DNA from: Acutalibacteraceae bacterium | Lineage (GTDB): Bacteria > Bacillota > Clostridia > Oscillospirales > Acutalibacteraceae | Assembly: GCA_045649125.1 (NCBI GenBank) | Contig: JAZRPH010000042.1 | Coordinates: 48-64,047 of the forward strand | Direction: 5' to 3' | DNA length: 64,000 nt | In this document: positions 57,549 to 64,000 of the stretch, piece after piece | How positions within the stretch are numbered: position 1 is the first letter of the stretch | Layout of the letters: each line of letters starts with the position of its first letter | Notes under the pieces: model-generated | The model's input: only the letters and a program-made list of their open reading frames with translations | Database searches by the model: none | What the model was told of the DNA's origin: nothing | Translations under genes and position numbers: made by a program

Positions 57549-57588
57549 CAAAAAATGCAATCAAAAAATGACAACCGTTTGATTGCAT
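57549..57588 (-). terminator. intrinsic-terminator-like hairpin in the 5' leader of the surface-protein gene
   Basis: Minus strand reads ATGCAATCAAA-N12-TTTGATTGCAT followed by TTTTTGTTTGG. It lies between the predicted promoter (57602..57630) and the ATG at 57487. Confidence 0.55.
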
Positions 57589-57601
57589 CTATTTCATGAT
57601 A

Positions 57602-57630
57602 ATTATATCAGCGCAAATAGTGGAAAGCAA
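57602..57630 (-). promoter_or_regulatory. sigma-A promoter of the surface-protein gene
   Basis: Minus strand reads TTGCTT, a 17-nt spacer, then TGaTATAAT. The same element is duplicated at 59631..59659. Confidence 0.6.
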
Positions 57631-57812
57631 TAGTTTTTTAAAATATCGAACAAGATTCATCTAATATTTTATAATTTTTGTACTCTTTGTACAATTAATG
57701 TCTGCCTAAAAGTATCAAAGTATATCTTCTGTATTTTTCTGGGCAAATTTTGATGTGGGTTTTAGGAAAATCGCAAGTTACAGAAAACGGTTTTATATTT
57801 AATTTTATATCG

Positions 57813-57846
57813 AAAAAGGGATGTAACATCGAGTTACATCCCTTTT
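57813..57846 (-). terminator. terminator of the fucosidase gene
   Basis: AAAAGGGATGTAAC-ATCGA-GTTACATCCCTTTT, about 35 nt after the stop at 57882. Confidence 0.85.
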
Positions 57847-57881
57847 GAAGTTGCTTGATGGTCTCCTGACCGACAGTATGT

Positions 57882-59510
57882 CTATCTGATTTCGAAGGCT
57901 TTGGTGACTTTATATACACCCAACTCACTGATAACAGGGGTAGCGTCCTCTCCGCCGTCGGTCAATCCCTGAAATTCGATCTTTATCTGAGTGGCACTGA
58001 TTGGCGCGTCGAGAATCACACGCTTACTGCCGATGGTTGTACCGCTTGCGTACTCAACCCACTCCTCTTGTGCAGTCTTATAGTACACGGTGAAGGCTTC
58101 CACACGCTGACCGTGGTAGATTTCCTCTTCAATAGTAATAGCATCAAAAGTGACTTCCTTACCGAAATCGATAAGCAGACTGGAATTCTTTGTGCCCTGT
58201 GTTGCAGTCCAATAGGTGCTGTCATCTCCGTCCACTACATTAGAGGGCTTGAAACGAATATCATCGCTCTGCACATCGGAAGCGTAAATGGTTGCGCCCT
58301 TGGCTGCTGCAAGATTGTTATCAACGAAGGATTTCTGGATATTCTCGCTCCATTCTTCCACACGAGTGCGAATAGCATCATCCAACTTACCCTGATTATT
58401 AAGCGGAACATTCAGCAACAGTGTGGCGCCGTGACCTACACTGTGACAGTACATCTCACGCAGATACTCAAGGTCCTTTGGTGTTGTTTTTTCCTCACCC
58501 CAGAACCAGCCGGGTGTGATGGATGTGTCGGCCTCCATTACCGTCCAAAGATTTCCGTACTTTTCACCAATATAAACATTGGTGCCCTTGTAGTTGGTAT
58601 TGCCGCCATTGCTGTGTCCGTTTTCATCGTGATTGAGTTTTGACCATGTTTCTTCGTTAGCGACGCCTGATTCGTTGCCAATCCAATGAACACCGGTATC
58701 ATAACCGCCCACACCGAATATCAGCGGGTCATCCTCAGCGCCGGCAGCCTTACCCTCTAACTCGCGGATGGTTTTTACCCAGCGTTCATAGTCATACCAT
58801 TGATATTCAGCGCCTGTGTATATTGCAGGGTCTAACCAGATTTCAACAAATCTTCCATTGTTGCCGTACTTGTCGTTGCCGAGAATTTCAGTCAATTGAC
58901 CGACGAAGTAATCGTTGTAATTGAGCGCATCCTGTTGCCAGTCACATGGGTTACCCGCTGCGTCATAGTTGCCGTAATACTTAGAATTTTGATCCCAAGG
59001 CGACATATATATACCCATATCCATATCGTACTTGGTGCAGGCTACGGAAAGGTCCTCCAGCACATCGCCTGGATAGTTTGTACTGGCGATATCATGCTCG
59101 GTCCACTCGCTGTCCCAGATGCAGAAGCCGTCATGATGCTTGGTGGTAATAATAATCCTGCCAAAACCGGCGTCCTTCATAGCCTTAACATATCCGTCAG
59201 CATCAATCTTCTGGTCCAGAGTAAACTGAGAAGGAAGTTCATTTCCGTCGGCAACCTCTTTTTCGGTCATGGTACTTATACTGAAATGCAGGAATGCCGC
59301 TATTCCCTGCCTATTGTATTCATACTGATACAAAGAGGGTACCGCGCCGAAGGCATCCACATCCGCAGCACCATTGTCCTTCAGGTCGGAGTCGCTTATA
59401 AATCCATCAACTCCAGCGTAATCACAGCCAAAAAGCGATACTACCAATACGGAAAAGATCAAGAGAATTGTAAGTATGTATTTCCCGCATTTTAACAAAT
59501 TGTTTTTCAT
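57882..59510 (-). CDS. GH29 alpha-L-fucosidase with C-terminal F5/8 type C (discoidin/CBM32-like) domain; lipoprotein-type signal
   Basis: MKNNLLKCGKYILTILLIFSVLVVSLFGC. GH29 core ITTKHHDGFCIWDS. C-terminal VVDGDDSTYW pattern. Confidence 0.85.
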   Translation of the reverse strand: MKNNLLKCGKYILTILLIFSVLVVSLFGCDYAGVDGFISDSDLKDNGAADVDAFGAVPSLYQYEYNRQGIAAFLHFSISTMTEKEVADGNELPSQFTLDQKIDADGYVKAMKDAGFGRIIITTKHHDGFCIWDSEWTEHDIASTNYPGDVLEDLSVACTKYDMDMGIYMSPWDQNSKYYGNYDAAGNPCDWQQDALNYNDYFVGQLTEILGNDKYGNNGRFVEIWLDPAIYTGAEYQWYDYERWVKTIRELEGKAAGAEDDPLIFGVGGYDTGVHWIGNESGVANEETWSKLNHDENGHSNGGNTNYKGTNVYIGEKYGNLWTVMEADTSITPGWFWGEEKTTPKDLEYLREMYCHSVGHGATLLLNVPLNNQGKLDDAIRTRVEEWSENIQKSFVDNNLAAAKGATIYASDVQSDDIRFKPSNVVDGDDSTYWTATQGTKNSSLLIDFGKEVTFDAITIEEEIYHGQRVEAFTVYYKTAQEEWVEYASGTTIGSKRVILDAPISATQIKIEFQGLTDGGEDATPVISELGVYKVTKAFEIR

Positions 59511-59630
59511 TAAAACCATTCCTTTCCTTTTTCGCCAAACAAAGATGACCACCGTTTGATTGCATATATTTTAATAAATTGACAACTCCGTTGTCATGAA
59601 GGCAATTCATTGAGTTTGCTTTGAAAACTT

Positions 59631-59659
59631 ATTATATCACCGTACATAATGGAAAGCAA
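59631..59659 (-). promoter_or_regulatory. sigma-A promoter of the fucosidase gene (duplicate of 57602..57630)
   Basis: Minus strand reads TTGCTT, a 17-nt spacer, then TGaTATAAT. Confidence 0.6.
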
Positions 59660-59744
59660 CAGTTTTTGAAATATTGGACAAATTTTATCCAAATATTTAA
59701 CTAAGTTTTTTGCTCTTAGCAAAATAAGTTACTGTCGAAAAATG

Positions 59745-60833
59745 TCAGAGTATATCTTCTATCTTTTTTTCGGCAAATTTTGATATGGCTTTGTAGTCCA
59801 TAGCGTCAATATAATATTTTTCGATTTCATCATGGACGGCTTTCGCTTTTTTAAGGGTTGCGGCTGCGCTTAAAAGCAGTTCTCTGAAGGTGCGGCGGTT
59901 AAACAGCATCCTTGCGCGGCATGTATGCATCGACTTTACATCGAAAAATCGTCGCGCGTGTATGCGTCGCGTCTGACAGGAAAACCTTGTATACTCGTTT
60001 TCGGTGGCAAAAGCAAGGGATAGTTCAGGTATAAGTATATGGTCGATAATCTGTGACGGCAGGAACGGATTTTTAAGTGTGATTATTTCATAACCCCTTT
60101 TTAGCGCCGTCTTGCGAACACTTTCCATAATAGCACTTGATGCTGCGCCGAATTTATCGTCGATTATAATTTTTGTTTTATAAAAGTTGTCGATAGTATC
60201 GGTGTAGCATACCACACCAAGCGGTGTAGTGCCGCCGATAAACCGCACCCATTCTTTAGAGGACGGCATCTTTTTAGTAAGTATATATTTTTCGGCAATT
60301 CTTTTACCGAAAAGCGATGCCTTTTTAGTATCAGTGAAACTGCGCGCAAGTTTTAAATTGTCGTAAAGCAACTCACCGCAGGCACATAAATATCGGCCGG
60401 TGGTTTTATGAAGCGCTTTGTTTTTATCGGTTACGGCAATAATTTCATCGGCTTTAGCGAAAAGCTTTTCCCTATCCCAAAACTCACCAAAATTTAATAT
60501 CTCCTCACAAGCGGCAGGATATCTGGGCTCTACAATATGAGGTGATGTGCCGTCAAGAAGTACCGTCTTAATATCTTTAATTATAACCGCATCAAGAGAA
60601 TCGGGGTCAGACGAACAAATACCAAACTCTACACCGTATCCCTTTTCAGCCGCGCGGGCGGCAACAAATTTCATAAATGACGATTTGCCCGTACCGGGAC
60701 CGCCTTTAATTATAATCGCGCGCCAACCGTCCTTTGCGTCATAGCAATCGGTAAAATGTGATACAAAGCCTTCGCAGGAATTCGCAGCCAAAAAATACTT
60801 TTCATAATTTTTTTGCATAATTTCAAGCCCCAC
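59745..60833 (-). CDS. P-loop ATPase of unknown function (conserved clostridial family)
   Basis: Walker A IIKGGPGTGKSS. N-terminal FLAANSCEGFVSHF pattern that I associate with an uncharacterised Firmicute ATPase family. Confidence 0.5.
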   Translation of the reverse strand: MGLEIMQKNYEKYFLAANSCEGFVSHFTDCYDAKDGWRAIIIKGGPGTGKSSFMKFVAARAAEKGYGVEFGICSSDPDSLDAVIIKDIKTVLLDGTSPHIVEPRYPAACEEILNFGEFWDREKLFAKADEIIAVTDKNKALHKTTGRYLCACGELLYDNLKLARSFTDTKKASLFGKRIAEKYILTKKMPSSKEWVRFIGGTTPLGVVCYTDTIDNFYKTKIIIDDKFGAASSAIMESVRKTALKRGYEIITLKNPFLPSQIIDHILIPELSLAFATENEYTRFSCQTRRIHARRFFDVKSMHTCRARMLFNRRTFRELLLSAAATLKKAKAVHDEIEKYYIDAMDYKAISKFAEKKIEDIL

Positions 60834-60879
60834 TTTAAATGTTTTTTGCTTTATAACATATTATTCCTTTTTTAAGGCT

Positions 60880-60908
60880 TTGACACAAATGGCTTTATGT
60901 GTTAAAAT
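60880..60908 (+). promoter_or_regulatory. sigma-A promoter of rnpB
   Basis: TTGACA, a 17-nt spacer, then TAAAAT. The predicted start is about 7 nt downstream, coinciding with the P1 helix 5' strand. Confidence 0.65.
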
Positions 60909-60914
60909 GTTTGT

Positions 60915-61245
60915 ATGAGTCGGTTACACGGTTGCGTGTGTTTTCACACACGAGGAAAGTCCGAGCCCCATAGGGCAGAATAGCAGCTAACGGCTGCCGA
61001 GGGTGACCTTAGGGATAGTGCAACAGAGATATACCGCCGTAGCATTACGGTAAGGGTGGAAAGGCGAGGTAAGAGCTCACCGGCCGAACGGAGACGTATC
61101 GGTCCTGTAAACCCTATTCGGAGCAACGCTGACTGTGGCTATACATTTGCCCGATGTGCCACGAAAAGCGGCTGGAGCGCGCAGGCGACTGTGCGTCGAG
61201 ATAGATGACCGTGCAAGACAGAACTCGGCTTATCGACCGACTCAT
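60915..61245 (+). ncRNA. rnpB: RNase P RNA, bacterial type A
   Basis: P1 pairing ATGAGTCGGT / ACCGACTCAT. Universal P4 strands GAGGAAAGTCCGAGC and ACAGAACTCGGCTTATCG. GGTAAGAGCTCACC and GTAAACCC..CGGAGCAA blocks are collinear with E. coli M1 RNA. Confidence 0.9.
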
Positions 61246-61278
61246 AAAATTGTCACATCGCCCAAATGGCAAAAAATA

Positions 61279-61303
61279 AGCAGACTGATAATTTCAGTCT
61301 GCT
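61279..61303. terminator. bidirectional terminator (rnpB / FAD oxidoreductase gene)
   Basis: AGCAGACTGA-TAATT-TCAGTCTGCT flanked by A6 upstream and a T-rich tail. Confidence 0.8.
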
Positions 61304-61309
61304 ATTTTA

Positions 61310-62656
61310 TTATTTTGTAAGTAATTCCGAAATGTATTCGCCAACGCCTTCGCCGAGTGACAGCATTGTTCTTGTAAGTCTTACGGTTGCCAACGCAATA
61401 TGTGAGAATGATGCGCCGCGGCAGGCAACAAACAAATTGTCATACTCGTTTGTCATGGTACATTCGAGGGGGATTTCATAAGGAATTTCAAGTTCCCTGC
61501 ACATACCGTCATCGCCGTGAACATCAAGTGCGTGGTCGGCAATCGCAACCGTTCTGCCGATTTTGGGCTGTTTTTTTATGCCCTGACGTATATCGGTTTC
61601 ACGAAGCACATATTTACCTATCAGACGGTAACTTTCGCGGATACCTGCATCATAAATACACTTTAATTTATAACCCTGCATATTCTTTTCTTTTTGCAGA
61701 TATTCCCAATAAGCGTACACCCTTGCGTGTCCTATCAAATCGGCTTTTTCGCCCAAGGCAAAATATTCGCCGCCCTCCATTGTAGGAAGCATATTTACGC
61801 TGATTTCGCCGTTGGCATTTAATGAAAAGCAGGAAATTACACCCTTCATTCTTGTTTCTTTCCAAGACCTGATATCTACATCACGGTATTCTTCGGGAAT
61901 TTCGTCAATGTGATTTTTATCGTCTGTAGGGCTTACGCGGAAAACGTATGTAACTGCATTTACATTATCGCTCTTTTGCGGGGCTGACGGCTCACCGTAT
62001 GCACTGCTATCCTCGGTGCCGAACGCGTGGGCGCAACCCGCCTTCCTTGCAAGTACAATGTCACCCGAAGCATCAACAAAATACTTTGCGACGATTTTAA
62101 CCTCTTCCTCACCGTTAGAAATTGTTACGGTATTGATTTTTCCGCAATCGGTCGTACAATCGGTAAAGGTGTATCCAAAATATTCAGTCAAGTTGCCTTT
62201 ATAATCGGAAATGACATTATTTATCGCCTTTGACATTGCCTCAGGCTCAAATTGGAAACGCTTAAGACTGCTATCCCCTCTTAAAAACCTACAACGCTTC
62301 AGGGTATCCTCATAGGTCTTACCCGTAGGCAGTGACAAGCCCCAAGGATAATCGCCCGAATGATTTTCCCAGTTGTAGTCGTTTTCAGGATTAAACAAAT
62401 TGCAGTTTGGCACAATTTCAATAACTTGACACGCATCGCTTTGAGATTGCAAATCATCCTTAAGAAGCGAATGTATACCGTCAAGTGTAACACCCGGCTC
62501 CCAACCGTCAACACCGCTGAAAACAGCCGTTCCGCCAAAGTCGGAATTTTTATCGACAACAACCGTTTTTATTCCATTTTTTATAAGGCGGTAAACACAG
62601 CCGGTGCCTCCTGCACCTGCGCCGATTACGCAAACATCGGTTTCTATAATTTTCAT
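61310..62656 (-). CDS. FAD-dependent oxidoreductase (FAD_oxidored-like)
   Basis: N-terminal dinucleotide motif DVCVIGAGAGGTG...VVDK...GGT. 448 aa. Its start overlaps the AraC gene stop by 4 nt. Confidence 0.7.
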   Translation of the reverse strand: MKIIETDVCVIGAGAGGTGCVYRLIKNGIKTVVVDKNSDFGGTAVFSGVDGWEPGVTLDGIHSLLKDDLQSQSDACQVIEIVPNCNLFNPENDYNWENHSGDYPWGLSLPTGKTYEDTLKRCRFLRGDSSLKRFQFEPEAMSKAINNVISDYKGNLTEYFGYTFTDCTTDCGKINTVTISNGEEEVKIVAKYFVDASGDIVLARKAGCAHAFGTEDSSAYGEPSAPQKSDNVNAVTYVFRVSPTDDKNHIDEIPEEYRDVDIRSWKETRMKGVISCFSLNANGEISVNMLPTMEGGEYFALGEKADLIGHARVYAYWEYLQKEKNMQGYKLKCIYDAGIRESYRLIGKYVLRETDIRQGIKKQPKIGRTVAIADHALDVHGDDGMCRELEIPYEIPLECTMTNEYDNLFVACRGASFSHIALATVRLTRTMLSLGEGVGEYISELLTK

Positions 62657-63486
62657 ATTTGCTTATCACCCTTTATTATGGGAATCCAAACCTCCCACTC
62701 AAATTCATCGGCACTCATATCGAAAGGAAATACTTCAATATTGGGAATTGCATTGTTTTTCACAAAACCGGCAGATGAAAGCCACTGATTAAGAACATCA
62801 TTGTAAAATTTATTTACATAATCGTCATCTGTTCCAAATAGTTTAAAGCACGCCCATTGTGTAGCGGGAACTTCCACTGTGCTGGGAAACTCTGTATCTT
62901 GTGCATCTGTACCGATATAACACATAACAGAATTTTCAGCATTTTGGTAAGCAGCGTAAATTTTTTCGTATTTACCGCTGCAAAGAGCATCGGAATGTTC
63001 CGATTCGTAAAAGGCACTCCACACATCTTCACAGCATTCGGTGTCTGCCATACCCGATTTTGCCGAAAAACCGCTAACGGTAAATTTTTCCTTTTTGAAA
63101 ATAGAATATGAGATGTTATTGCCGCCCGTAGTGGTTATTTGTGTGTTTATTTTTGTAAATAGTTTGAAATTATTATTGCCCTTTGCAACCTGCGTCGGAG
63201 TTATACCGTGAAATTCTTTAAAGGCTCTCGAAAAAGACGAAGGTGAATCATAGCCGTATTCAACAGAAAGCTGTGTGACAGTTTTCCCGTTCTCGTACAG
63301 TTCTAAAGCGGCAAGGGACAGTCTTCGCTTACGGACATATTCCCCCAACGATACCTTGCTTATAAAGGTGAAAATTCTGCGGAATTCATAAACCGACAAA
63401 TTTGCCTTTTTGGCTAAAAGAGCCACATTAATATCTGATTTTATGTTCTTTTCGATTTCGTCGATAACATTTTCAAAATAATACAT
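62653..63486 (-). CDS. AraC-family regulator with C-terminal GyrI-like effector-binding domain
   Basis: N-terminal double HTH (GYDSPSSFSRAFKEFHGITP) followed by an approximately 150-aa GyrI-like region. Confidence 0.8.
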   Translation of the reverse strand: MYYFENVIDEIEKNIKSDINVALLAKKANLSVYEFRRIFTFISKVSLGEYVRKRRLSLAALELYENGKTVTQLSVEYGYDSPSSFSRAFKEFHGITPTQVAKGNNNFKLFTKINTQITTTGGNNISYSIFKKEKFTVSGFSAKSGMADTECCEDVWSAFYESEHSDALCSGKYEKIYAAYQNAENSVMCYIGTDAQDTEFPSTVEVPATQWACFKLFGTDDDYVNKFYNDVLNQWLSSAGFVKNNAIPNIEVFPFDMSADEFEWEVWIPIIKGDKQI

Positions 63487-63527
63487 TCTTACACCTCAAA
63501 GCAGATACTGACTGCATCTTTAAGACT

Positions 63528-64000
63528 TTACAGCGGCTGAACATCCTGAGAGGTTCCCCAAACGGTAATTTCCTCTACAACGACTCCCTTAGGCTGATTA
63601 GCAACATAGTACACTGCATCTGCAATGTCCTCAGCCTTGAGGGTTTGATTTTCCTCTGCTATGCCGGAATTGCTCTGGAAGCCTGTTGCAGCAGCAGCAG
63701 GGATTACACAGGTTGCCCTTACACCGTGGGGACGAAGTTCAACATAAAGTCCCTTTGTGAAATTAAGTACACCCGCCTTTGCCGAAGCATATACAGACCA
63801 GCCACCCCAGCAATGTCTTGCACAAACTGAGGATATATTTATTATTATACCGTCCTTTTGGTTTTTCATTATTTCGCCGAATACCTTTGAGCCGTAAATT
63901 ACACTGTTTAGATTAAGTGATATTGCCTTGTCAATATCCTCTGCGGTCTGGTCAACGGTTTCGGCAATTCTTACACCGCCGCCTGCATTGTTTACCAAAA
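63528..64000 (-). CDS. short-chain dehydrogenase/reductase (SDR), N-terminus outside the window
   Basis: NNAG, a catalytic Ser (SSVCA) and YASAKAG (YxxxK). The ORF runs off the 3' window edge. Confidence 0.8.
   Translation of the reverse strand, partial: LVNNAGGGVRIAETVDQTAEDIDKAISLNLNSVIYGSKVFGEIMKNQKDGIIINISSVCARHCWGGWSVYASAKAGVLNFTKGLYVELRPHGVRATCVIPAAAATGFQSNSGIAEENQTLKAEDIADAVYYVANQPKGVVVEEITVWGTSQDVQPL

Noticed and set aside
57695-57928. 77-aa minus-strand ORF in the fucosidase/surface-protein intergenic region.
   Set aside because: It spans the fucosidase stop and its strong terminator hairpin and runs on toward the downstream promoter region. It has no RBS and a basic, low-complexity product.
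59601-59612. AAGGCAATTCAT in the fucosidase leader shares a 10-mer (AAGGCAATTC) with the islet repeat at 52975..52984.
   Set aside because: A single 10-mer match in 64 kb of AT-rich DNA is within chance expectation, and there is no surrounding similarity.
60944-61320. ORFs 60944..61126 (-) and 61135..61320 (+).
   Set aside because: Both overlap the RNase P RNA and its terminator. The conserved P4 and P1 elements explain the sequence better than coding.

Overview
This is a densely coding chromosomal window from a moderately AT-rich, apparently spore-forming Firmicute. It looks like class Clostridia, and the gene content resembles Oscillospiraceae/Ruminococcaceae, but the taxon cannot be verified here. 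Most genes lie on the minus strand and most are core housekeeping. These include cysK, uppP, the Bacillus-style glycogen operon glgB-glgC-glgD-glgA, and the classical rimP-nusA-ylxR-ylxQ-infB-rbfA-nrnA-truB-ribF operon. A second block runs hprK-glcK-murB-rapZ-whiA-dnaE-pfkA, followed by ychF, alr, glpK, rhaA, alaS and a type-A RNase P RNA (rnpB). No tRNA, rRNA, CRISPR array, transposase or integrase was seen. Several small accessory or unusual patches sit between the core blocks: (1) an intact EndoA/MazF toxin with no adjacent antitoxin; (2) two tandem paralogous lipoproteins sharing a near-identical 189-bp cassette, directly downstream of a disrupted secreted caspase/CHAT-like protein (one homopolymer frameshift plus one in-frame TAG); (3) a zinc-ribbon/PASTA protein whose kinase catalytic loop is degenerate, preceded by a metallophosphoesterase and divergent from a D,D-carboxypeptidase; (4) a DUF554 / CapA-like / HPr-kinase-like P-loop operon; (5) a divergent RHH plus DUF2493/SLOG gene pair; (6) an ~860-bp AT-rich islet (XRE regulator plus a 53-aa ORF) bounded by direct copies of a terminator hairpin and containing operator-like and phased repeats; (7) a 1215-aa multidomain surface protein with about 11 cell-wall-binding repeats next to a GH29 fucosidase, the two genes sharing a duplicated promoter/leader/signal-peptide cassette. 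I did not find a clear multi-gene novel system. The locus at 20.3-23.5 kb and the PASTA pseudokinase module are the most interesting candidates. All functional calls rest on motif recognition by eye, not database searches.
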